Assembly (NCBI GenBank): GCA_035285865.1
Contig: JAYKHS010000003.1
Span: 128,001 to 192,000, forward strand
Length of the DNA: 64,000 bases
Source of the DNA: Candidatus Sericytochromatia bacterium
GTDB taxonomy: Bacteria > Cyanobacteriota > Sericytochromatia > S15B-MN24 > VGJW01
Direction of reading: 5' to 3'
Shown: positions 19,985-29,379 of the stretch, piece by piece
How the letters are laid out: every line of letters starts with the position of its first letter
How positions within the stretch are numbered: the first letter of the stretch is position 1
Program-made: the position numbers and the translations under genes
Notes under the pieces: model-generated
Seen by the model: the letters and a program-made list of their open reading frames with translations, nothing else
Databases searched by the model: none
What the model was told of the DNA's origin: nothing

Positions 19985-20878
19985 TCAACGTCTGCGCGCC
20001 AGGATGGTCCCGCGGTCGAAGACGCGGACAGCAAGCCGATAGGCTGGCCAGAGCAGCAGCAGCCACGGCAGCAGCAGCCAGGGCAAGGCACCCTCGACAC
20101 GAACGAAACCAGACAACATGGCCATCTGCAGGCCCATGGCCGGAAGCACGATCAACGCACCCCATTGCTGGGCGGCTCGGGCGTCCGGTATGCGAGCCGA
20201 CAGCAGCACGAGCACCAGCGTCAAGAGCATCGAGGCGAGGGGTGCCCCGCCGAAGACGACAAGCAGCCAACCGGGCGTGACCAGAACATCCCGGACCGGA
20301 ACCCAACCGAGGAACCGGGAGGCCACCGTCAACTGGATGGCCCACGACAACCACGTGATCAGCACCGGAGGCAAGCTGGCACTCACGACCTTGGCCAGAA
20401 GCAACTCCCGCGTCGCGACCGGCGTGGCCAGCACAGGCTCCAGAGTACCCTCGTTGCGTTCCTGAACGACGGCATGCGCGGCCGTCGTGAGCGGCAGGAC
20501 GAGTGGGAAGATGGTGATGTACCCCAAGGAAACCAGGACGAGCAACCACAGGACCTGCCGACCCGCAGGCTCCGCAGCGAGACGGGGATGCAACATGGCG
20601 AGGGGGTTCAAACCGGTATCACCACCCCGGATCTTCTGTCCGGGTGCCCGCGGCGCGCGGGCCTCACGCCGCTCTCCCAGCAGCTCCTGACGGGTCTTGA
20701 GGACTCGAGCCTGCGCCGTGACGACCTGTTCGGTCCGCGCCACGACGGCCATCAGTCCGGGCATCATGCCGGCCGCGAGGACAAGGGGCACGACGATGAC
20801 CCCCACGAAGAGACGCCGGTTCCGCCAGAGATCCAGAGCCTCGCGCCACAACAGCCAGCGCATCCGGGTCGCGCTCAC
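19985..20878 (-). CDS. ABC-2-type exporter permease
   Basis: About 6 TM segments with motif VVQERNEGTLEPVLATPV..RELLLAK. Confidence 0.85.
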   Translation of the reverse strand: MSATRMRWLLWREALDLWRNRRLFVGVIVVPLVLAAGMMPGLMAVVARTEQVVTAQARVLKTRQELLGERREARAPRAPGQKIRGGDTGLNPLAMLHPRLAAEPAGRQVLWLLVLVSLGYITIFPLVLPLTTAAHAVVQERNEGTLEPVLATPVATRELLLAKVVSASLPPVLITWLSWAIQLTVASRFLGWVPVRDVLVTPGWLLVVFGGAPLASMLLTLVLVLLSARIPDARAAQQWGALIVLPAMGLQMAMLSGFVRVEGALPWLLLPWLLLLWPAYRLAVRVFDRGTILARRR

Positions 20879-21813
20879 GGTTCATCTCCGACAGGTGCGA
20901 TGCCCAGCGTGCCCAGCACGGCCTCCTCCAGCGACGCAGTCGCGGCACGCACCTGCTTCACCCGTGCTCCCCGGGCCACCATGTGACCGACGAGATCAGG
21001 TGTACGCAGATCGGGGCGGTCGACACGGACCATAAGTTCCCCACCCTGCCACGCGAAGTCGCGCACCCACGGCATCTCGCCCAGGGAGACCTCGAGATCG
21101 GCGGGAACGTCATCCAGCAGGAAGGCCACCCGATGTCCCCCGAATCGCGCCCTGAGGGCCTCGGGCGAGTCGAGCGCCAGCAAGCGATGCCGGAAGATCG
21201 CCACCCTGTCGCACAAGCGCTCGGCCTCATCCATCAAGTGCGTGGCCAGGAAGACGGTCGTCCCCCGCCTCCGCAGATCGGCCACCAGATCACGCACCAC
21301 CCGGCAGCTGTCGACGTCGAGTCCCGATGTTGGCTCGTCCAGAAAGACCAACTCGGGGTCATGCAGCAACGTGCGGGCGAGGGCGACCTTCTGGGACATG
21401 CCCTTCGAGAAGCCGGCCATGGGCCTGTCCGCGTGCTCCTCCAGCCCCAACAAGGCGAGCTGCGTCCGGATGCGGGGCCCGGGATCCTCGAGACCGTGGA
21501 GGCCCGCGAAGAACCGCAGGTGCTCCCGCGGCGTGAGTCGGGGATGGAGACCCGGTTGTTCGGTCAGGAAGCCGATTCGCTTGCGGATGTGGACAGCTCC
21601 TGCCTCCAGATCGTGGCCCAGCACGATGGCCGAACCAGCGGTAGGCTGGAGTAGCGTGGCCAGCATGCGGGTGCAGGTCGTCTTTCCAGCTCCGTTGGGG
21701 CCGAGGAAACCCAGCACTTCGCCGCGTCGGACCTCGAGGTCGAGCGGGGCAACGGCCTCGAGCGAACCGAATCGGCGCGCAAGACCGCTTGTCCGGATGG
21801 CGAGGTCCGTCAT
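20875..21813 (-). CDS. ABC exporter ATP-binding protein
   Basis: Walker A GPNGAGKTT, signature FSKGM, Walker B FLDEPT and ATH switch. Start set at MTDLAI. Confidence 0.9.
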   Translation of the reverse strand: MTDLAIRTSGLARRFGSLEAVAPLDLEVRRGEVLGFLGPNGAGKTTCTRMLATLLQPTAGSAIVLGHDLEAGAVHIRKRIGFLTEQPGLHPRLTPREHLRFFAGLHGLEDPGPRIRTQLALLGLEEHADRPMAGFSKGMSQKVALARTLLHDPELVFLDEPTSGLDVDSCRVVRDLVADLRRRGTTVFLATHLMDEAERLCDRVAIFRHRLLALDSPEALRARFGGHRVAFLLDDVPADLEVSLGEMPWVRDFAWQGGELMVRVDRPDLRTPDLVGHMVARGARVKQVRAATASLEEAVLGTLGIAPVGDEP

Positions 21814-23126
21814 CCCCGCCACCTGCGCCAGAGCATCCACGCAGCACCAAGGCCGGCCACCCAACGGTCGTGGCGATCCAGGCGAGGAGCGAGGGTGCGG
21901 CCGAACTCCCGAACCACGGGACGCACCAACCGCTGGATCGTCCGCGTGGCCCGGGTGGCCTCGACATACCAACTCAGGGGTCCCGTGCCCCGCGCGACAA
22001 CGGGACGCTCGCCAGCTGCAGCACCCGCCAGGAACGCACGGCAGGCCTCCCACGCAGGCTTTGGCTGACCGTCCGCACGCAGCAGGCCGAAGTGGTTCTC
22101 GATGGCGACCAGGCCCCCGTGCGCGATGGCCCGAGGCGGGTCCACCAATTCGTAGAGGTTCACCACGTGCAGGTCCTGATCGGGCAGGGCGGCAGGCCCC
22201 ACCAGATTCTCCAGTCGAGGCAGCGCTGCGGCATACCACCTGGCCATGGCGGCCTCGTCATGCGGGTCCGCGAACATCGCCCCGCCCCAAGGCAGACGTA
22301 CGGGGCCGCAGCTGGCATAGCCGGTCTCGGCCACGCAAAGCGCCTTGCCCCAGCAGGCCGATCGCGGATCGGCGACGAGGCCCCGCAGGCGCTCGAGCGG
22401 TCGCCACACATCGGCTCCGAGCCCGGGAACCCATGTATCCGGATAGTGGTCGAGGCCGATCACATCGACCCAGTCCCCGCACCGGGCCATGTAGGTCTCG
22501 AGGAAGCCGTCCCATGTGGCCCACTCAGGCACGTCGAAGGGCACGAGATCCCCGATGTCCGCAAGGATGTTCACGGCGAGCCGTGCACGGGAGCCCAGCA
22601 CGGCACGTGCGATACGGTGCATGCCCTCGAGGACGGGCCACCGGACTTCGGTGGGCAACTCGACCTCCCGCCCCCGCACCTGGACCTTGCGCGTGGCGAA
22701 AAGCGCCGCATCGCCCTTGGCGGCCGCCAGCCAGTTATTGGGCTCGTTCCAGACCTGCCAGACGGTGACGGCCTCTCCGCCCGGTCCGGCCAGCAGGTCG
22801 AGATAACGCGCCCAGGCATCCAGGAAAGCGGCTCGATCGCGCGCCGCCCGTTCCATGACCCAGTCCGGCGGATTGTAGAGCACGGCCCAGACTCCGAGGC
22901 CCTCCGCCCGCAGACGCTCCAGAAGATGCCGGTAGAAGGCCACGGCGTCCGGCCTGAAGGGTCCTTCCGTGGGCTGCAACTGGCGCCAAAGCAGGTCCAC
23001 GCGGACCATCGAGGCCCCCAACTCGCGAACGCGGGGCAGGAGCCGCTCAAGGACGGCCTCCTGCCTGCCGACGTCCAGATCGGGACAGAGCCGGGCAGGG
23101 TTCAGGTTCACCGACCACTGCAGCAT
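21810..23126 (-). CDS. Clan GH-A glycoside hydrolase with C-terminal membrane anchor
   Basis: Acid/base motif WQVWNEPN, nucleophile motif VAETGYAS, and HFGLLRADGQPKPA. C-terminus WVAGLGAAWMLWRRWRG. Confidence 0.75.
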   Translation of the reverse strand: MLQWSVNLNPARLCPDLDVGRQEAVLERLLPRVRELGASMVRVDLLWRQLQPTEGPFRPDAVAFYRHLLERLRAEGLGVWAVLYNPPDWVMERAARDRAAFLDAWARYLDLLAGPGGEAVTVWQVWNEPNNWLAAAKGDAALFATRKVQVRGREVELPTEVRWPVLEGMHRIARAVLGSRARLAVNILADIGDLVPFDVPEWATWDGFLETYMARCGDWVDVIGLDHYPDTWVPGLGADVWRPLERLRGLVADPRSACWGKALCVAETGYASCGPVRLPWGGAMFADPHDEAAMARWYAAALPRLENLVGPAALPDQDLHVVNLYELVDPPRAIAHGGLVAIENHFGLLRADGQPKPAWEACRAFLAGAAAGERPVVARGTGPLSWYVEATRATRTIQRLVRPVVREFGRTLAPRLDRHDRWVAGLGAAWMLWRRWRG

Positions 23127-23135
23127 CGTTCGTCC

Positions 23136-23166
23136 ATTATGCCCACAGGAGTGCGGCCACTATAAT
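23136..23166. promoter_or_regulatory. Divergent -10 elements (CATAAT on minus for the GH gene, TATAAT on plus for uvrC)
   Basis: Each hexamer lies 9 nt from its ATG within a 49-bp intergenic gap. Confidence 0.55.
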
Positions 23167-23175
23167 GAAGGCCGC

Positions 23176-25026
23176 ATGCACGACCTTCTGGCCGCCCAGC
23201 TCGAGGACCTGCCTGCCCAGCCCGGCTGCTACCTGTTCCGGGACGAGGCCGGCGTTCTGGTCTACATCGGCAAGGCCGTCAATCTGCGCCAGCGCGTACG
23301 GTCCTACTTCAGGGACGACGCCAGCCACTCGGCCAAGACCCGGCTGCTGGCCGCCCGGGTGCACGCCGTGGAAGTCATTCGCACGCCCACTGCCGCAGAC
23401 GCGCTGAACCTCGAGAACACGCTGATCAAGCAGCATCGGCCATTCTTCAACATCCTGCTTCGTGACGACGCCACCTATCCCTGGCTCAAGCTGACGCTCG
23501 ACGAGGAATACCCTCGTCTGCTCGTGGTGCGTCGCCGCAAGGCAGACGGCGCACGCTACTTCGGCCCCTATCCGGATGCAGGCGCGATGCGGGCGACACT
23601 GCACCTCGCGGGACGTCTGTTTCCCCTTCGCAAGAAGGCGCGCCCCCCCTACAAGGACCGCCCATGCCTGAATTTCGACATCGGCCGCTGCCTCGCTCCA
23701 TGCCAGGGCAAGGTGGACAGGGCCGCCTACCGCAGGCTGGTCGATGGGGTGCAGGACTTTCTCGAGGGCCGGGCAAGCGACCTGCAACGCAGGCTCGAGG
23801 AAGACATGGCCAGTGCGGCCGATCGCCTGGACTTCGAGCAGGCGGCTCGCCTCCGTGACACCCTCGAGGCCCTTCGTCGGGTCATCGTCCGCCAGATTGT
23901 CGTGGGCCCATCGGACCAGGACCTGGACGTCCTCCACGTCGCCATCGGCGAGGCGCTTGCCTGCGTCGAGGTGCTCCAGGTTCGCGGAGGCAAGGTCACG
24001 GGTCGGCGGGAGCACGGGCTGGACCTGCCGCCCGGAGGCGATCCGGGTGACCCTGCGCTGGTCGGAGACATCCTCGGGGCCTTTCTGGCACGGGGCTACG
24101 AGGACGTGCGCGTGCCACCCGAGATCCTCGCTCCGGTCGAACCCGAGGGCGCGGAGGCCCTGGTCGCCCTGCTGGGCACGCTGCGTGGCAGCAAGGTCCG
24201 ACTTTCCGTGCCCCGGCGTGGTGCCCGCGTGGCCCTGCTCGACATGGCGGCCGACAATGCGAGAACGGGCCTCGAGCGCCTGAAACTGTCCCGTCGCCTG
24301 GCTGCGGAGACCCGCAAGGATGATGCCTTGGCGGGCCTCGCCGAAGCACTCGATCTCGATGCCCCCCCCCGGCACATCGAAGGCTTCGACCTGTCCCACA
24401 CCCAGGGCGTCGAGGCGGTGGCCTCGCTGGTCGTCTTCAGGGATGGTCGCCCGGCGAAGGAGGACTACCGGCACTTTCGCATCCGGACCGCGCGGGGCGG
24501 AGACGACTTCGCCGGCATGGAGGAAGTGGTCGGCAGACGCTACCGGCGGATGCTCGACGAAGGCAAGACCTTGCCCGACCTCATCCTGATCGACGGTGGA
24601 CCGGGCCAGCTCGCGGCGGCCGTCCGCGCGCTCGAAGCCCTCGGACTCGACGACCAACCGGTCTTTGGCTTGGCCAAGCGCCTCGAAGCCATGTTCCTGC
24701 CCGATCGCGAGGACCCGGTCATGCTCGCTCCCGATGCTCCCGCTCGGTTGCTGGTACAGCACGTGCGCGACGAAGCCCACCGGTTCGCCCTCGGCCTGCA
24801 TCGCAAGCGCCGCGGGAAGGCCGGGACCCGCAGCATCCTCGATGACATCGCCGGCCTGGGCCCGCGCCGCAAGGTCCAATTGCTCGAACGCCTGGGATCC
24901 GTTGAGGCCATGCGGTCGATGCAGGCCTCCGAACTGGCGCGGCGGGGAGGAATCCCCAAAGCCCTCGCCGAACGCATCTGCCAGCATCTGGCATCCGGGT
25001 CAGGCCTGGAGCGCGCCGATGCCTAG
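23176..25026 (+). CDS. uvrC: Excinuclease ABC subunit C
   Basis: GIY-YIG (GCYLF..VYIGKA), UVR domain, RNase H-like domain (IEGFDLSH, PDLILIDGG, RDEAHRFA) and HhH. Confidence 0.95.
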   Translation: MHDLLAAQLEDLPAQPGCYLFRDEAGVLVYIGKAVNLRQRVRSYFRDDASHSAKTRLLAARVHAVEVIRTPTAADALNLENTLIKQHRPFFNILLRDDATYPWLKLTLDEEYPRLLVVRRRKADGARYFGPYPDAGAMRATLHLAGRLFPLRKKARPPYKDRPCLNFDIGRCLAPCQGKVDRAAYRRLVDGVQDFLEGRASDLQRRLEEDMASAADRLDFEQAARLRDTLEALRRVIVRQIVVGPSDQDLDVLHVAIGEALACVEVLQVRGGKVTGRREHGLDLPPGGDPGDPALVGDILGAFLARGYEDVRVPPEILAPVEPEGAEALVALLGTLRGSKVRLSVPRRGARVALLDMAADNARTGLERLKLSRRLAAETRKDDALAGLAEALDLDAPPRHIEGFDLSHTQGVEAVASLVVFRDGRPAKEDYRHFRIRTARGGDDFAGMEEVVGRRYRRMLDEGKTLPDLILIDGGPGQLAAAVRALEALGLDDQPVFGLAKRLEAMFLPDREDPVMLAPDAPARLLVQHVRDEAHRFALGLHRKRRGKAGTRSILDDIAGLGPRRKVQLLERLGSVEAMRSMQASELARRGGIPKALAERICQHLASGSGLERADA

Positions 25027-26215
25027 ACTTCTCGCCCCTGTCCTGACAGCCCTGCTGCTCTTTCTGGCGACACTCTCGCCGATGGCCGAATCGCGCGAGC
25101 GCCGGCGCGTGCCGGCGCCGCCCCAGTTGGCCGGGCGCCTCCCGGCCCGACAGGTCAAGGGCCTGAGCCAGGCGCAACAACAGCAACGCGTGGTCCAGCA
25201 ACGCCTCGGTGAGGCCCGCCGCCGGGTGCGGGAGTTGCGAAAGCTCGAGACGGCTCATGTCCGCAAGCTGACGGAGATCCAGCAGGCCGTGGAGGTCACG
25301 AGCCGTCGGCTCGAGGACTCCCGATTCCGGCTCAATCGAGCCCAGCGGCGCCTGACGGCAACCCGGGGCGAGCTGCGCCAGGCCCAGGTGCGCTTCACGC
25401 GGGAACAGGCACTGGCGTCGAACCGCCTCAGGACCATCCACAAGTTCCGCCGCGTCTCGAACTGGGAAGCCCTGCTCACGGCACCGGACCTTTTCGCCTT
25501 CCTGACACGCTACCAGTACCTGCGACACGTCTCGATGACGGATCAGCGGCTGCTGGATCGCCTCGACCGCATGGTCGCCGACGTCCACGAGAAAAAACAG
25601 CGTTACGACGAACTGGTTGGAGAGGTCGATCGCCAGACGCGCACCATTTCGGCCCATAAGGCCGAGCAATTGGAGCAGAAGGAATCGCAGGCCGATCTGG
25701 TCACCCGGATCCGCAGCGAGCGAGCCGCGTGGGAAGCGGCCGAGGAACAACTGGAACGGACGAGTCGCGAGCTGGAATCCTTCATCCGCAGGATGCTTGC
25801 GGCGCAACGCAGTCGCCCGAGGCTCGGCACGGGGCGTTTCGCGTGGCCGGCAAAGGGTCGCATCACAAGTCCCTTCGGGGTGCGCATCCACCCCATCTAC
25901 AGGGTTGCCAAGCGCCACCATGGCATCGACTTCGGAGGCCGGATCGGCAGTCCCGTTTTCGCCGCGGACACGGGCATCGTGCTGTTCGCCGGCTGGTATG
26001 GCGGTTATGGCAAGGTCATCATCATCGACCACGGCGCCTCCGTGGCTACACTCTACGGACACCTGTCTTCGATCCAGGTCGGCAGCGGAGACAAGGTGAC
26101 GCGCGGCCAGGAAATCGGCCAGATTGGCTCCACCGGTCTCTCGACGGGTCCGCACCTCCATTTCGAGGTCAGACGCAACGGAGCTCCCGTCGATCCTGCG
26201 GGTTACCTGCGCTGA
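25019..26215 (+). CDS. Coiled-coil M23 peptidoglycan endopeptidase (EnvC/MepM-like)
   Basis: Signal peptide, long coiled coil, and intact Zn motifs HHGID and PHLHF. Overlaps the uvrC stop. Confidence 0.88.
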   Translation: MPRLLAPVLTALLLFLATLSPMAESRERRRVPAPPQLAGRLPARQVKGLSQAQQQQRVVQQRLGEARRRVRELRKLETAHVRKLTEIQQAVEVTSRRLEDSRFRLNRAQRRLTATRGELRQAQVRFTREQALASNRLRTIHKFRRVSNWEALLTAPDLFAFLTRYQYLRHVSMTDQRLLDRLDRMVADVHEKKQRYDELVGEVDRQTRTISAHKAEQLEQKESQADLVTRIRSERAAWEAAEEQLERTSRELESFIRRMLAAQRSRPRLGTGRFAWPAKGRITSPFGVRIHPIYRVAKRHHGIDFGGRIGSPVFAADTGIVLFAGWYGGYGKVIIIDHGASVATLYGHLSSIQVGSGDKVTRGQEIGQIGSTGLSTGPHLHFEVRRNGAPVDPAGYLR

Positions 26216-26288
26216 GGTCGGGGGGTATGATGGCGGGGCGTGCGGTTTCCGGAACGTGCCCGGGAGGCTGCCAAGAGGAAGGGCGTTC

Positions 26289-27995
26289 ATGATGTTTCGG
26301 CAAAAAGCCGCAAAGGCCGTGGGACGCGTCGGGCTGCTGGCGGGCCTGATGGCAGGCTCGTTCGGGCTGGGCATGGGTTTCGATCCGCTCGTGATGGCAG
26401 CGGAGAGTCGCGACTTCCGGACTTTCTTCGAGGTCTACAACAAGGTCCGTACCGAGTTCCTCTCGCCCCCGGGCGACGAGTCGAAGCTGGAGTATGGTGC
26501 GATCCGCGGGATGCTGGAGACGCTCGACGATCCGTACACCCGCTTCATGGAACCCAAGGTCTTCAAGGGCATGCAGGAGGAGCGGCAAGGTTCCTTCTCG
26601 GGCATCGGCATCCAGATCGGCATGCGGGACAAGAAGCTCACGGTCATTGCACCGATTGAGGAAACCCCGGCCTGGAAGGCCGGCCTGAAGGCCGGAGACC
26701 ACATCCTCTCGGTCGACGGCAAATCCACTCAGAACATGGCCATCGACGAAGCCGTGGGGCTCATCCGCGGGCAGCGTGGCACACCGGTCAAGCTGGTTGT
26801 CGTGCGCGGATCCGGAAAGCCCAGAACCGTATCCATCGTCCGGGACAACATCGTCACAAAGGCCGTGCGGGCGCGCGTGCTGCCCGGCGACATCGGCTAC
26901 ATCCGCCTCTCGACGTTCATGAGCGAATCGGCCGACCGCGAGATGCGGGATGCCCTGCAGAAGCAGGCTGGCCAACGCGCCCTGATCCTCGACCTGCGCG
27001 GAAATCCGGGCGGCCTGTTGCCCAATGCCGTGACCATCGGCCTGATGTTCGTCGACAAGGGCCCCGTGGTGCAGATCGTCGACAGGGACGGCAACCGCGA
27101 CGTCCTGCCCACCCAGGGCATGATCCGGCGGACAGCCAGCAAGGCCCTATGGGACAAGCGCAAGCCCCTGGTCGTCCTCGTGGACGGTGGGTCGGCCTCG
27201 GCATCGGAGATTCTCGCCGGCGCCCTTCAGGACGCCGGGGTGGCCACCCTCATCGGTACCACGACCTTCGGCAAGGGTTTGGTGCAGACCGTCCACCCGC
27301 TCGAGGGTGGCGCTGGCCTGGCCATCACAACCAACAAGTATCTGACGGCGGGAGGCAACGACATCCACAAGCGGGGGATCGTCCCCGACCTGATTCAGGA
27401 GCCGGCTCCCGCCCCGAAGAACGGTCCTGAGACCGACCCGTCCGACGATGTGGCGCGAGACGCCCGTGATGCCCAGCTGCAGAAGGCCATGGCCTTCATC
27501 CGCGGGCGTCTGGGGCAAGGCCCGGTCGTCAAGCTTCCGCCGAGGGCTGCGGTTCTCGAAAAGGCGTCCAAGCTGCGTCGTGACGAGCAGGTTGCCGAAG
27601 CTGAAGGCCAGAGCGCCATCGACCTCGAGGCTACGCAGCGCATGGAGGGCTCGGTCGGCAGCCTCCTTGAGGTGGCAGGCCAACAGGAAGATGAGGTCAC
27701 GCGCCTGCTCACGGATCTCTCGGCCAAGGTTCGCGGCTTGTCGACGGACCAACTCCAGCGCATCACGTCCCACAAGGACTTCGACATCGTCATCGAAGGC
27801 GAGGCGGTCGGCCGGGAAGGTGAGGCTCTGGCCAGTCGCCGTGCCGAGACCACCGCGGCCTATGTCAGAGGCTACTTGCAGCACATGGGGCTGCCCTTCG
27901 GACGCGAGGACCTGAAAGTCAAGACGCGCGAAGGCGGGCAGGGTGGTGTCACGGTGCGCATTCACCTGCCGCTTCAGGATCTGATCGGCAAATGA
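26289..27995 (+). CDS. ctpA: S41A C-terminal processing protease with C-terminal extension
   Basis: Motifs LDDPYT, PDZ GIGI, LDLRGNPGG, catalytic SASASE and TFGKGLVQ. About 170 extra C-terminal residues. Confidence 0.9.
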   Translation: MMFRQKAAKAVGRVGLLAGLMAGSFGLGMGFDPLVMAAESRDFRTFFEVYNKVRTEFLSPPGDESKLEYGAIRGMLETLDDPYTRFMEPKVFKGMQEERQGSFSGIGIQIGMRDKKLTVIAPIEETPAWKAGLKAGDHILSVDGKSTQNMAIDEAVGLIRGQRGTPVKLVVVRGSGKPRTVSIVRDNIVTKAVRARVLPGDIGYIRLSTFMSESADREMRDALQKQAGQRALILDLRGNPGGLLPNAVTIGLMFVDKGPVVQIVDRDGNRDVLPTQGMIRRTASKALWDKRKPLVVLVDGGSASASEILAGALQDAGVATLIGTTTFGKGLVQTVHPLEGGAGLAITTNKYLTAGGNDIHKRGIVPDLIQEPAPAPKNGPETDPSDDVARDARDAQLQKAMAFIRGRLGQGPVVKLPPRAAVLEKASKLRRDEQVAEAEGQSAIDLEATQRMEGSVGSLLEVAGQQEDEVTRLLTDLSAKVRGLSTDQLQRITSHKDFDIVIEGEAVGREGEALASRRAETTAAYVRGYLQHMGLPFGREDLKVKTREGGQGGVTVRIHLPLQDLIGK

Positions 27996-28090
27996 TCCGG
28001 AATCCTTCCGGCCGAAAGCATCCCTGTAAGCAGCCCGGGTAGGATACTCCATGTCCCGTGCACGAAGCCGGGCACAACAGGAGGAAAGTG

Positions 28091-29293
28091 ATGACCCGTC
28101 TTCCCAAGGTCCTGCTGGCAGCAACCCTGAGTCTGGCCGTCCCCGGTTGCGCCATGGACGGTGCTGGCGTAGGCACCCTGCCCGGTAGCGCGAAACAAGC
28201 CGTCTCCCGCCTGACGTCGGCAGCCAAGGCCGTCGGCTCGGCGCTGGTCCAGGATGCCGTCACGGCACTTGTCGAGGAAAGTAACGGCGAGGTCGCAGAC
28301 TACGCCGTGATGGATCCCGGCACGTCCGCCAGCGGCTATCGTGTCCAACTGCTGGGTGCACCCAAGGCCACCGAGGGCATGGTCGGAATCACAGCAGCTC
28401 CCGAGGAGCAGGAGCCGGTGGCAGGCGCTCAGCCGCCGAGGGAGAGCACGCAGCCCCCGCTGCTCGGCTCCCAGCCTCCCCAGCAGCGCCCGCTCCTTGA
28501 TGGCCGCCCCCAGCTGCCCCCGATGTTCCAGGGCAAGCTCGACATGGTCCCTCCCCTTGCCGAACGGTCACGCCCCGACGGCTCCAAGGTCAAGCGCGGC
28601 AAGCCCGCGGACCAGGGCAAGGTCGACCAGCTCAAGCAACGAGCCGGCGAGCGCGTCGCGAAGCTGAAGGGCAAGGTCGAGGCCCAGCGCAAGGCAGTCC
28701 GTGACGCGATGGTCAAGGACAACGCCAAACGTGAGATTCTGGTGGGCGATGATGGCACGGTGGCCGTGGTCTCGTCTTTCGAGCACACCAACAAGGGCGG
28801 CACGCACTCCGTCAAGGCTCAGCAGATCTTCAAGGGCAGCAGCAAGGACGACGTGAAGCCCGAGAACCTGCTCTCGAGCGAAGTCCGGACCTTGCGCAGC
28901 CTGGCCGGTGGCCTGAAGTCGCAGAGCGTGCGGACGGTCGCCGTCAACGAGGATGGCAGCAAGGACATCACCTTCTCGCACACCCTCACTCGCAAGGACG
29001 GCAAGACCAAGACCGTCTCGTGGGAGCGCACCGTGCAAGCCGACGGCTCGTCGTCCGGGGAAGGCAAGATCGTGCGCTTCGACGGCAGCGAAGTCAGCAT
29101 CGTGCGGTCTGTCTCGGCCGATGGCATGGTCAAGGCGACGGTGACCGACACCCGCAACAAGGTCAAGGCCGAAGTCGCTCTGGATGAGGGCACTGGCGAG
29201 GTCAATGCCGAAGTTGCAAGCACGGATGCCGGCTCCGAAAAGGAGAGCGTCGCCGTGGCGGATGCCGAGACTGCCGAACCGGCCGCCGAGTAG
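28091..29293 (+). CDS. Hypothetical lipoprotein
   Basis: AGGAGG RBS and lipobox-like LAVPGC. Pro/Gln linker, Lys-rich helix and beta-hairpin-rich C-terminus with repeated DGS turns. Confidence 0.8.
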   Translation: MTRLPKVLLAATLSLAVPGCAMDGAGVGTLPGSAKQAVSRLTSAAKAVGSALVQDAVTALVEESNGEVADYAVMDPGTSASGYRVQLLGAPKATEGMVGITAAPEEQEPVAGAQPPRESTQPPLLGSQPPQQRPLLDGRPQLPPMFQGKLDMVPPLAERSRPDGSKVKRGKPADQGKVDQLKQRAGERVAKLKGKVEAQRKAVRDAMVKDNAKREILVGDDGTVAVVSSFEHTNKGGTHSVKAQQIFKGSSKDDVKPENLLSSEVRTLRSLAGGLKSQSVRTVAVNEDGSKDITFSHTLTRKDGKTKTVSWERTVQADGSSSGEGKIVRFDGSEVSIVRSVSADGMVKATVTDTRNKVKAEVALDEGTGEVNAEVASTDAGSEKESVAVADAETAEPAAE

Positions 29294-29303
29294 CCAAGTG
29301 GCG

Positions 29304-29339
29304 TGGGGAGCGGCATCGTGTCGCTCCCCATCTATTTTT
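29304..29339 (+). terminator. Rho-independent terminator
   Basis: TGGGGAGCGGCA-TCG-TGTCGCTCCCCA hairpin followed by TCTATTTTT. Confidence 0.75.
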
Positions 29340-29379
29340 CCCCGAGGATGGATAACTTTTCTTGATGGGTATGGGGTAC

